From contig OZ241827.1 in NCBI GenBank assembly GCA_965202585.1, forward strand, positions 54,560,001 to 54,624,000: a stretch of 64,000 bases of DNA. Direction: 5' to 3'. This document shows positions 24,862 through 38,200 of the stretch, in pieces. Below the pieces are notes generated by a model. The model did not search any database. It saw nothing but the letters and a program-made list of their open reading frames with translations, and was not told the origin of the DNA. Position 1 is the stretch's first letter; every line of letters starts with the position of its first letter. A program made the position numbers and the translations under genes. Source of the stretch: Thalia democratica. Lineage: Eukaryota.

Positions 24862-25508
24862 TGGGGTTCAACTGTTGCCCCGACCTTAGAATTTCGCAAA
24901 GTTAATTTTTTGTTGGTGGAAAATCACATAAATAGACAGCACAAAATAAAACTTTCTAGTTATAATCCTGTTAGAGCTAAACCCTTTTGAAAATTTTGCT
25001 TTATATTGGTATATTTAAAAAGCAAAAAAAAAAAATCACTAAAAATCTATTTTCTTCTACGTTTTTTGAGATAATTACCTCAAACTTTTAGGAAATGATT
25101 TTTGTCATATTTAGGAAATTCTGTAATAACAAATTCTAAAAAAAAAACTTAAACAAATTATAAATAAAACTGATTTTTTTTCTTTTTTTTTTTGCATAAA
25201 ACTTTAATTTTTTTGAATTTTATTGCCACAGAATTTTCTAAATATGGAACGAAACATTTCTTAAAAGTTTAAGGTAATTATCTCAAAATACTTAGCAGAA
25301 GATAGATTTTTAGTGAAATGGTCTTTTTTTGCCTTTTTAAATATACCAATATAAAGCAAAATTTTTAAAAGTGTTTAGCTCTAACAGGCTTATAGCTAGG
25401 AAGTAAATTTTTTTGTTCTGTATTTTTATGTGATTTACCACCAAAAAAAAAAGTTAACTTTGTGAAACTCCAAAATTTTCATTTTTCATGGGCAACATAT
25501 GCACCCTA
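24862..25508. mobile_element. Long-arm hairpin MITE, hAT-like (TAGGG end, 8-bp TSD)
   Basis: ~270-bp imperfect inverted arms around a short spacer. Flanks ATACACAC / ATACACAA (7 of 8 match). Right end CACCCTA. Confidence 0.8.
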
Positions 25509-26293
25509 ATACACAATTAATGCTAATACTAGGCTCATTATGGTTTAAACTAGGGTTCCCTAAAAAAGCTAGTTACAACATAAGTTAGCGGATTTTTGAA
25601 GATACTTTTAGTCTAGCGTGCACAGTACGTTGCTAGAAAACAAAATATGTGCACAAATTTTGAAAGGTTTGAAGTTCTAACTTTTAACAAAATTTATAGA
25701 TAGTTAAAAATTAATTCAGAACGACAGACAAATTGCTAACAATAAAACACAGTAATCAAGCAAAGGATTGTTAAATGTTGTGAAACAACAAAAATTTTAA
25801 ACTAAAAAATAAGGATTAAAAATGTGTGGTTGTGAAAATTTATCGTTCAAAAAATTAACACCATTTAAAAGTTTCAAACTTTAACAGCTTATGATAAAAT
25901 TTATGATTTTTTAAGTTAAAAATACAATTAAAGTAAAAATTTTGATAACTTGCGTTTAACTTATTAGCTACTTGAAATATACGACCAAATAACTAATTTA
26001 TAAAAATGTTGGCCGTTTTATTTTAAAAAGAGTGCTTAGATTATAACAAAACCTGGTAACATTTTTTAACAGCATATTTTTTAACATTTCTATTAAACAG
26101 AAATGACTAAAATTTGTATCGCTTTGAGAATATATATGAAACATCACAGTTTTCTTTGAAATCACAGTTAAATTTCTAAAAACAATCCGATTCTTAAAAC
26201 AGTTATACTAAAACGTATTTGCTTGTGAAATATAAACCTTTTTTTTTAATTTTAATGCAAAATACTTAATAAAAACTTAAAAACGACTCATCT

Positions 26294-29200
26294 TCAAGGG
26301 GAAATCCTCAACCGGCAGTTGTTCTTTTTTACCCAATCAGGAATGCCGCTGACTTTCTTCGACCAATCAGAGCTTTTTCTCGCTTTTTTCGACCAACCGG
26401 AGCCCTTGCTTGGAGATTTTTTACGCGGGAAGTCGGGCGATAAGCTCAGCTTTTTGTCCCACGGTTTTTTCGTCCGCTTGGTGACGGCGGGGAGGCCGAA
26501 CCTTTCGTTCTTTCCGATGTCGACGGCCGGCAGAAAGTTCCTGTCGAAACTGTGGCTGGTTTTTGTCTTGCCGAAGGTGGCGGGAACGATTTCGCCGTGT
26601 CCCGAGTAAAAGCCGCCGTCTGATTGGCTGCCTCCTTGGTTCAGTGGCGTGAACTTGGATCGCGTCGGAAAGCTGCGAATTATTCAAAAAATATTCTTTT
26701 GAGTTTTTAATTTGTTTTGGTAGCTTTAAATCATAGTTAGCTTTAAAATATCAAACTTTTTTCTAACAACATGTTTTTTGAAACTAAGAAATATTAAAAA
26801 TGTTCATAAAATGCTTATCAAAAATACTTTAACGCTGCAAAAGGCAGTCTGAAAAATAAGACTCTTTAAAGATCAAAAAAACGTAACCATCTGGTTTTAG
26901 TTGCGACGCAAAAATCAACTGTTTACCTCAAAACGAACTAAAAACTTTACCTGATCACCTTTTTTGAATAATAAAAGCAATTAAAGCATTCGTTAAACTT
27001 TCATCGGGTAATTTTCCATTCTAAACTTCACAATTTGCAACTAACTTGTTCTGTTGATTGTTGAACACTGATATCGGGTTGAAGTTGGTTTTGGTCGGCT
27101 GCAGCAGAAACCCCTTCCTCGCATTTCTCCCTTGTGACGTGACTTTAGCCAGGTTCTTGTTCCGCCTGACAAAGTCCTGCTTGCCGGTCGTCGGAGTGAA
27201 AACTATCGCGGAGATTTTTTTGGAGCTGCTTTGGGGATTTTTTTTGCTCCGCGTCGAATTGGAGCTGCCCGCCGAGGAGTCGTTCGCAGCGTCGCCATTG
27301 GCTGATTTTCTCGTCACGGGGCTTCTGCTGGGCGTTTTCCTGCTCGGCGGGCTGCGATTGGTTATTTTTCTAGTTACGGTTGGATGATTTTTGCTTTCAG
27401 CGTGGCTGGAGTACGACCACCTTCAAAATTTTTATAGACAACTTTATTAAGTTAATTGGAACCCTTACAAAAGCTTTAACGTTTTTAGACATGTTTGAGC
27501 TGTTCAAAATAAGGGCACAACTGTTTTAAATCAAGTTACTTAAATGACATATTTATCTTTAATGTTAGGTTTATTAAATAAACATGGTAACTTTTCTACG
27601 TGTTTTTAACTATATGTAAAATCTGAAAGAAAAACAAAGTATTGTTAAAAAAATAAATCTGTAGAAAGGACTTTTTTAATGTAAGGATATTAAAAGTACG
27701 CCGAACTTCTTAGTGTATGCAAAATGTAATGAGAAAAATCAAGTAAAATTTAGATAAATCACTAACAGTTTAAAGTAGCTTATAACATTGTCCAAAGTAG
27801 TTAAACTTATAAACTAATACTAAAAATTTAAGTTTTACCTACAAAATCACGATAAAACACAACTAGCGTAACTTTAGCGGTGGCTGAAATATTGTTTAAA
27901 CTAAAAAAAATGTTTTAAATAATTTTACATCCAAGAAAAAAAGCTTTCAAGAGTATAAGCTTAAATGTTTAAAACTAACAAAAATAAACTATATTTAGTG
28001 GCAAACCATTTGAAAAAATAAATAGTAAGATTTTAACATTGAAGCAAACAAACTTGGGTTTGTTATTTGCATCTACAGGTTCGCTTTTATCAATGCTTAT
28101 TTTCGACCATTTCCTACTCGTTGACTTTTTACCAAAAGACGTATTGCTTCGCGAGTTTTGTATTTGCCTGCAAGTCACTTTTTTTTTAAACATCTTAAAT
28201 ACCTGGAAACTTCTTTAAAATTGCAGTTAAATTAACAAAATATACTATTGAAATAAAAAAATATATTTCAATAAAATAAACAAAAATAACTTCAGCACAG
28301 AAAGCCTCAAGGTGTCCATGGTGTTAAATTCCGAATGTTGTACATTCGAGTTAGGGTTTTCCCCGGCCATATCCAGCGCTGCAACCGCCAGCGCCTTACC
28401 GACGCCCTGCCACGTGACGGGGGAGTACCTGGGGGGAAACTGGACAGGTTCGTGGTTGCCGGGCAACGAGTTTATGGTGATTCCCGTGTTGTAGTTGCAT
28501 TCCAATGTGTACGAATGCACTATACCGGTTGCCTGGGTGTTTATTTTGTTAACTTTAAGTTCACATAGATTTTAACAACTCATCAAACTAAAAATATTTT
28601 AGTACTTATTAATATTTTTTGTAAAAAAAAAATATAATGTGAAAATTGTTTTGTACATTAAATTGGAAATTATAATTAAAGGTCAGTCTGGTTTGCAAAC
28701 TTGCTGAGTCTGCAACTTTTTTCAAACCAATTTTTGAATATATTCTTATTTATACCCTTATCCCTAATTTATACACATTAAAAATTAATAAAAAACAACA
28801 ATTTAAAATAAAAGTATCATGAAATAAAACTATTTTTGCTGACTTAGCAAATGTGCAAATTCAAACAAAAAAAAACCTTGTAAATGGCGACCCTCCCACT
28901 GCCGTCTTTGCACATTCCGTCTCTCTTGTCGCGCATGTACATGTTCTTGGTGGTGAAGTTGCACGCGTTGTAGTCGAAATGAGCCGAGTTGAGCGACACC
29001 AGTTTCGCGTACAACTGGTTGTCTACCTACAAGTTATTAGTTGGTTGTCTACCTACAAGTTATTAGTTGGTTGTCTACCTACAAGTTATTAGTTGGTTGT
29101 CTACCTACAATTTATTAGTTGGTTGTCTACCTACAAGTTATTAGTTGGTTGTCTACTTACAAGTTATTAGTTGGTTGTCTACCTACAAGTTATTAGTTGG

Positions 29201-32200
29201 TTGTCTACCTACAAGTTATTAGTTGGTTGTCTACCTACAAGTTATTAGTTGGTTGTCTACCTACAAGTTATTAGTTGGTTGTCTACCTACAATTTATTAG
29301 TTGGTTGTCTACCTACAAGTTATTAGTTGGTTGTCTACCTACAAGTTATTAGTTGGTTGTCTACCTACAAGTTATTAGTTGGTTGTCTACTTACAAGTTA
29401 TTAGTTGGTTGTCTACCTGCAAGTTATTAGTTGGTTGTCTACTTACAAGTTATTAGTTGGTTGTCTACCTACAAGTTATTAGTTGGTTGTCTACCTACAA
29501 GTTATTAGTTGGTTGTCTACCTACAAGTTATTAGTTGGTTGTCTACCTACAAGTTATTAGTTGGTTGTCTACCTACAAGTTATTAGTTGGTTGTCTACCT
29601 ACAAGTTATTAGTTGGTTGTCTACCTACAAGTTATTAGTTGGTTGTCTACCTACAAGTTATTAGTTGGTTGTCTACCTGCAAGTTATTAGTTGGTTGTCT
29701 ACCTACAAGTTATTAGTTGGTTGTCTACCTACAAGTTATTAGTTGGTTGTCTACCTACAAGTTATTAGTTGGTTGTCTACCTACAAGTTGTTAGTTGGTT
29801 GTCTACCTACAATTTATTAGTTGGTTGTCTACCTACAAGTTGTTAGTTGGTTGTCTACCTACAAGTTATTAGTTGGTTGTCTACCTACAAGTTATTAGTT
29901 GGTTGTCTACCTACAAGTTATTAGTTGGTTGTCTACCTACAAGTTATTAGTTGGTTGTTTACCTACAAGTTATTAGTTGGTTGTCTACCTACAAGTTATT
30001 AGTTGGTTGTCTACCTACAAGTTATTAGTTGGTTGTCTACCTACAAGTTATTAGTTGGTTGTCTACCTACAAGTTATTAGTTGGTTGTCTACCTACAAGT
30101 TGTTAGTTGGTTGTCTACCTACAAGTTATTAGTTAGTTGTCTACCTACAAGTTATTAGTTGGTTGTCTACCTACAAGTTATTAGTTGGTTGTTTACCTAC
30201 AAGTTATTAGTTGGTTGTTTACCTACAAGTTATTAGTTGGTTGTCTACCTACAAGTTATTAGTTGGTTGTCTACCTACAAGTTATTAGTTGGTTGTCTAC
30301 CTACAAGTTATTAGTTGGTTGTCTACCTACAAGTTATTAGTTGGTTGTCTACCTACAAGTTATTAGTTGGTTGTCTACCTACAAGTTATTAGTTGGTTGT
30401 CTACCTACAAGTTATTAGTTGGTTGTCTACTTACAAGTTATTAGTTGGTTGTCTACCTGCAAGTTATTAGTTGGTTGTCTACTTACAAGTTATTAGTTGG
30501 TTGTCTACCTACAAGTTGTTAGTTGGTTGTCTACCTACAAGTTATTAGTTGGTTGTCTACCTACAAGTTATTAGTTGGTTGTCTACCTACAAGTTATTAG
30601 TTGGTTGTCTACCTACAAGTTATTAGTTGGTTGTCTACCTACAAGTTATTAGTTGGTTGTCTACCTACAAGTTATTAGTTGGTTGTCTACCTACAAGTTA
30701 TTAGTTGGTTGTCTACCTACAAGTTATTAGTTGGTTGTCTACCTACAAGTTATTAGTTGGTTGTCTACCTGCAAGTTATTAGTTGGTTGTCTACCTACAA
30801 GTTATTAGTTGGTTGTCTACCTACAAGTTATTAGTTGGTTGTCTACCTACAAGTTATTAGTTGGTTGTCTACCTACAAGTTGTTAGTTGGTTGTCTACCT
30901 ACAATTTATTAGTTGGTTGTCTACCTACAAGTTGTTAGTTGGTTGTCTACCTACAAGTTATTAGTTGGTTGTTTACCTACAAGTTATTAGTTGGTTGTCT
31001 ACCTACAAGTTATTAGTTGGTTGTCTACCTACAAGTTATTAGTTGGTTGTCTACCTACAAGTTATTAGTTGGTTGTCTACCTACAAGTTATTAGTTGGTT
31101 GTCTACCTACAAGTTGTTAGTTGGTTGTCTACCTACAAGTTATTAGTTGGTTGTCTACCTACAAGTTATTAGTTGGTTGTCTACCTACAAGTTATTAGTT
31201 GGTTGTTTACCTACAAGTTATTAGTTGGTTGTTTACCTACAAGTTATTAGTTGGTTGTCTACCTACAAGTTATTAGTTGGTTGTCTACCTACAAGTTATT
31301 AGTTGGTTGTCTACCTACAAGTTATTAGTTGGTTGTCTACCTACAAGTTATTAGTTGGTTGTCTACCTACAAGTTATTAGTTGGTTGTCTACCTACAAGT
31401 TATTAGTTGGTTGTCTACCTACAAGTTATTAAATGGTTGTCTACCTACAAGTTATTAGTTGGTTGTCTACCTACAAGTTATTAGTTGGTTGTCTACCTAC
31501 AAGTTATTAGTTGGTTGTCTACCTACAAGTTGTTAGTTGGTTGTCTACCTACAAGTTATTAGTTGGTTGTCTACCTACAATTTATTAGTTGGTTGTCTAC
31601 CTACAAGTTATTAGTTGGTTGTCTACCTACAATTTATTAGTTGGTTGTCTACCTACAAGTTATTAGTTGGTTGTCTACCTACAAGTTATTAGTTGGTTGT
31701 CTACCTACAAGTTATTAGTTGGTTGTCTACCTACAAGTTATTAGTTGGTTGTCTACCTACAAGTTATTAGTTGGTTGTCTACCTACAAGTTATTAGTTGG
31801 TTGTCTACCTACAAGTTATTAGTTGGTTGTCTACCTACAAGTTATTAGTTGGTTGTCTACCTACAAGTTATTAGTTGGTTGTCTACCTACAAGTTATTAG
31901 TTGGTTGTCTACCTACAAGTTATTAGTTGGTTGTCTACCTACAAGTTATTAGTTGGTTGTCTACCTACAAGTTATTAGTTGGTTGTCTGCCTACAAGTTA
32001 TTAGTTGGTTGTCTACCTACAAGTTATTAGTTGGTTGTCTACCTACAAGTTATTAGTTGGTTGTCTACCTACAAGTTATTAGTTGGTTGTCTACCTACAA
32101 GTTATTAGTTGGTTGTCTACCTACAAGTTGTTAGTTGGTTGTCTACCTACAAGTTATTAGTTGGTTGTCTACCTACAATTTATTAGTTGGTTGTCTACCT

Positions 32201-35200
32201 ACAAGTTATTAGTTGGTTGTTTACCTACAATTTATTAGTTGGTTGTCTACCTACAAGTTATTAGTTGGTTGTTTACCTACAAGTTATTAGTTGGTTGTCT
32301 ACCTACAAGTTATTAGTTGGTTGTCTACCTACAAGTTATTAGTTGGTTGTCTACCTACAAGTTATTAGTTGGTTGTCTACCTACAAGTTGTTAGTTGGTT
32401 GTCTACCTACAAGTTATTAGTTGGTTGTCTACCTACAAGTTGTTAGTTGGTTGTCTACCTACAAGTTATTAGTTGGTTGTCTACCTACAAGTTATTAGTT
32501 GGTTGTCTACCTACAAGTTATTAGTTGGTTGTTTACCTACAAGTTATTAGTTGGTTGTTTACCTACAAGTTATTAGTTGGTTGTCTACCTACAAGTTATT
32601 AGTTGGTTGTCTACCTACAAGTTATTAGTTGGTTGTCTACCTACAAGTTATTAGTTGGTTGTCTACCTACAAGTTATTAGTTGGTTGTCTACCTACAAGT
32701 TATTAGTTGGTTGTCTACCTACAAGTTATTAGTTGGTTGTCTACCTACAAGTTATTAGTTGGTTGTCTACCTACAAGTTATTAGTTGGTTGTTTACCTAC
32801 AAGTTATTAGTTGGTTGTCTACCTACAAGTTATTAGTTGGTTGTTTACCTACAAGTTATTAGTTGGTTGTCTACCTACAAGTTATTAGTTGGTTGTTTAC
32901 CTACAAGTTATTAGTTGGTTGTCTACCTACAAGTTATTAGTTGGTTGTCTACCTACAAGTTATTAGTTGGTTGTCTACCTACAAGTTATTAGTTGGTTGT
33001 CTACCTACAAGTTATTAGTTGGTTGTCTACCTACAAGTTATTAGTTGGTTGTCTACCTACAAGTTATTAGTTGGTTGTCTACCTACAAGTTATTAGTTGG
33101 TTGTCTACCTACAAGTTATTAGTTGGTTGTCTACCTACAAGTTATTAGTTGGTTGTCTACCTACAAGTTATTAGTTGGTTGTCTACCTACAAGTTATTAG
33201 TTGGTTGTTTACCTACAAGTTATTAGTTGGTTGTCTACCTACAAGTTATTAGTTGGTTGTCTACCTACAAGTTATTAGTTGGTTGTCTACCTACAAGTTA
33301 TTAGTTGGTTGTCTACCTACAAGTTATTAGTTGGTTGTCTACCTACAAGTTATTAGTTGGTTGTCTACCTACAAGTTATTAGTTGGTTGTCTACCTACAA
33401 GTTATTAGTTGGTTGTCTACCTACAAGTTATTAGTTGGTTGTCTACCTACAAGTTATTAGTTGGTTGTTTACCTACAAGTTATTAGTTGGTTGTCTACCT
33501 ACAAGTTATTAGTTGGTTGTCTACCTACAAGTTATTAGTTGGTTGTCTACCTACAAGTTATTAGTTGGTTGTCTACATACAAGTTATTAGTTGGTTGTCT
33601 ACCTACAAGTTATTAGTTGGTTGTCTACCTACAAGTTATTAGTTGGTTGTCTACCCCTGAGTTATGCTGGATTATAAATACTTATTGTTGAAGGTGAAAT
33701 TAAACAAGAATTATGCTGTGGTTACCTCGTTTTATCAAAGCCAACTATAGGTAAAAATTAAAGTTCTGAAATAATGATTAAACTGTCTAGTATTACACAA
33801 TAGTAAAATGGAGTAGGTAATATTCCTTTCAATACAAAAAATAACAAAATAAATCCGGGTCAAAACTCAACATCATCGAAAAAAACTAAAAATCACACAG
33901 TCGTACATTACTTTAAAAAAAACCAAGATTTTAAAACCTGGTCTTCAGTTTTATCGAGGTGGTTTCCGTATATGACCACGTAAATCTGCGGGTACCTTAT
34001 TTTACCGAAGTTGATTATACGTAAACAAAATTAAGTTCGCTACAAAGATTAAATCATCCAGTACAACAGAGGAAAAATAATAGTAAAAGGAAAAGGTAAA
34101 TGTGGTACTAATATAAAAGATTAACTCAAATCAAAACTCAACCTGATCGAAAACAAATTAAAAACCAAATGAATCTAGTTTACAAATGACCCCACAACAT
34201 CAAACCTGATCGTCGATTTTATCCAAGTGGTTGCCGTATATGAAGCAGCCCCTCTTGCTCGCGTGACCGTGCAAGTCTATGTAGTAGCTGACACCGCTGT
34301 CCCTGGACGGCAGCAGAGAGTACTCCATGTTGTACCAGCTCGTCCGGCTCGCCTCTCTCGTTGAAGGGGGAGTTACCTAATGCAGGAAGATAAGTTGATT
34401 GGGTAGTTTATTTTTTTAATTTGAATGTTTTATCAAAAAAAAGTTATACTAAAGTCTTTTGAAAATAACTTTTAAATTGGCAACGCTTTTCAAAGTTTAA
34501 AACGTAATTTAAAGAAATAATTTTGTAAAGTACATGCATTTGGCAATATTTGTAACAACTAAAAGTAGCTCGTTTGGTGTTTACCGTTAGTTTTTTTTTG
34601 TAAATGACATTGAAACGGCGTTTTTAAAACAACAAAACAAACCTTGTCTTGTTTCTTCATGTAAATGATGACATCGGCCATCTGATTGGTCATGATTTCT
34701 TGTTCGGAAGACGTGATTGGAAGGTCGTCTTGTTTGGGATCGTGTTTGAACAACTTTATCCAATCTTTGCCACCGGTGATTTCGTGAACCTGTAGTTAGT
34801 AAGAACTTCAAAACTGTATTTTGTGTTAGCTTAAAATAAACTTGTGTTTTATTTCCGAGTCTTTGAATTGTTCGATTTTATGATAGCTGAAATAATATAC
34901 TCTAACGCGTTAGTGGATTTACCTGCCAAACAGTTTGTTCATAACTATGAAAAAAATACATATTACAGCCTCCGCATTTCAGAGGCAGCGAAACAAAATT
35001 GAGCGAATAAAGCACTTTCGTACAAAAGCAGTCGTTACGCTTTAACAATCATCCACTACAAAACTTCAAACCACTCTTACATGCTAGTATAAACGACTGT
35101 CGAGTGCTTGAACTCAACGCATTTCCACTAAAGACCAACCTGATCAGCGTTGCTCGCGTAGTAGAGGTGGTAGAAGAGCATGAGGGCTTTCGAGGCGAAT

Positions 35201-38200
35201 ATGGTCGGGTGGTTTCGTTTGTGGGGGTTCTTGTACACCCTGTTCAGGTTGCAGCCCAGGTTGTCGGTCCTGTAGTGGCCCCGGGACACGCCGTCCGGAT
35301 TAAGCATCGGGATCAGCTTGAACACGTATCTGGTTTGAATAAACAAGGGTTTATAAATAATAAAAAAATCTTTGAAAAAAAAATTGTCAATGAAACATAA
35401 AAAGAAAGTGGTAATTGCCGTTCATAAGTAAATAAGCTAACAACAAAACGTGTTTATTTATCATTGAGTTCCGCTTAAAAATACTAAAACCTATTTTTGA
35501 ATCAAACTTTAGTTGCAAACAAATCTGAGTTATATCATTTATTTAAAATCTTTTGTGTTTTATCAATTAAAGTGTTGGTAACAAAACAAAAAACAAGTGA
35601 TAATTGCTTTTAATAAGTAAATAAGCTGAATGTGTTAGATTTTTTTTACAGTGTACAAAAATTGGATTCAGTCCGTTGTGGAAGGGAAATGGAAATAATG
35701 ACTTTTGGTGCAAAGTCAATGTTTCTAATGTTTACAAAAATTAAATTCTATTGTAGCCCAAAATTATACCTGTTGATTTTAAAAAATTAAATAGTAACTA
35801 ATATATTTTAAATATATAAATAGTAGATTAGTTTAATAGAAAAAAAATCTAAATCAGGAATAATGACATGCAGATTGTGCTTAAAAGATGCTTTATAAAT
35901 ACTTGAATCTGGTACAAGTCGCATCAACAAAAGAACGGAATTAATGAACTCATGCAGACACAGAAACAAATGTTAATTAATAAACTGGAAAGCAGACAAA
36001 ACTTTAACCAGATTATAATAATAGTACAAAATAGTTTTTTTTTGACTTTTTCATTCAGTTTTTGTTGATATTTGGTTTAAGTTAAAACTTTTTAGATAGT
36101 TCTTAATTCAACTAAGATAAGTTTTTAGAATTTTTCTTAGATAGCTCTTAAATCCTTTTAATTTTGACTGTTACAATTTAACACATATAAGACTTTGAAA
36201 TTTTCAGCAAATTTGAGTTTTATTAATGTTTTGTTGACTCTTGGCTTAAAATCACAATTTTAGATAGTTTTTAATTCCATTTAGATAAATTTCAAGTTAT
36301 AAATGTCTTTAAACTTTAAACTTAAAAAAAGCTCTTAATTCAGTTTTTTTTTTGTTTGATTCATTATATTATATTAATTAAATTCAATTCGTTTTAAAAA
36401 CTAGTACCATTTTTATCTAATTATTCTCTGACATGCTTGAATTTTCGAATATGTAAAGGTCGTAATTTTTTGCCACCGAAACCGGTCGTGAATAAAGTAT
36501 TTAATTTGCACACCTCTATTTAAAATTAAGTAGTAAAAAAATCAGAACAAGAGCTTACAGACTTAAAGTAGTAGCTTTAAAACATGTAATTACTTACACG
36601 TTTTTTATAAAAATAGTTTTATTTAAACTTAAAATAGGCAAGTAAAACTCACATTTTAATTATTTTTTGATGTAACAGCTCTGGCTGTTTAGTAAATTAT
36701 GTTCATAAAGTAAATTATGTCAGTGTCTAAAAAAACATGATAACTAATTTTAAGATTAAATTAACTAAAAGGTTTAAATTCCGTCACATTGGATAAAACT
36801 GTATATAAAAAATAAAGTCTTGTTAAAAACAAAATAATGCTTAATAGGGATTACTTTATAGCAATAAAATAATAATGTACAAAATTAAGATAAGGTGATT
36901 TGATATATAAACACAAAAGTGTACTTTAAATGCTCAACATTGGTAAATTTTTCGAAAAATGCAACAACAGAAAAAGTTGTTTTAATTGTGAAAAAAAATA
37001 TTCATTCAACTATTACTCGAACTCATTAAAGAATACTTTAAAATATATTTATGAAACTAAGAAAAGACAAACTAAATATATTTTAATTTAAATTAATATC
37101 TAAATAGATTTATCTTCAGCGTTGATTATTTAATTCTAAAAAACCACAATAAAACATTCAAAAAAAACTTATCAACGCGCCAAATTGGAGCAAACCGGCA
37201 TATCTTTAGTTGTAGAAGGTTTTTGAATTATTTTTAGAGCTCTAAACGACTTAGAACCTTAGCTTTTGGCTGGTGATTAAAAAAATCAAAATAGTTCTTA
37301 TTTCTATTTGCGGATCCACATGCCAAATAAACTCAAACAATTTTAAAGTGTTTAACTACACAAGACGTCATACAGAACAAATTCACAAGTGAACAAACTT
37401 GCTTCTTAGCAGTTTCGCCCTCTCATCTTCATCATCAAGTATGAACTGAATGAAGCCGTTAAACACGTGACTTGCAGGGGTTTCCCCGGGATGAACACGT
37501 GACGAGAGGAAAAACACTTTCTTGTTGTTGAACCTGTTGAAAAATTAACAACAGTTATAAAATCTATATTCTGTTAAAACTAATAAAGCATTTGTTTAAG
37601 AATGAACTATTTAACATTGCTGTATGATATTACAAAGATTAAGTAAAGTACCTTTTTACAGCTGAAAAATTATCCATTAAATCGCACATGTTATGGTTTT
37701 ACAGAACTTTTACATATAATTTTTAACTTTTTCAAAAAAATTATCTATAAAAAACTGTTTAAAGTAAATACTTGTTTGTTTTTATTTATAGCCATATATT
37801 TTTTTACTTGTAAGTTAAATTAAAAAAAAACTAATTACCTATGAAGGTATTGCCATGTATTTTTTTCAAACATTTTTGAACTGCTTTATAAAATTCAAGT
37901 AAATCTGATTTGTTTGAATAATATGAGTTAAACTTATACAAAGTCATTTAAAGTAATCTGATTTTTTTTTCTAAAAAAAATTATTTAAACCATCTATTTA
38001 ATAAAAATTTATAAAAAACAAAATTTAATTTAACAAAAAATTTAAGCTTTGTGAGAAAAACCATACATGAAAAGTAAGAACACCTAATACTAAGGCATAG
38101 TTTTGAATCTTACTTTTAAGCTATTTACGAAACCTTCTATAAACACTTAAAGACTACATCATAAACAATTTTTTTTTTGATAACTTTGAGCAAAAGAAAT

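Noticed and set aside
29016-33655. The 26-bp array as a CRISPR array or telomeric repeat
   Set aside because: There are no unique spacers, the context is eukaryotic, and the unit is fully explained as a copy of the AGBL5 intron 8/exon 9 junction.
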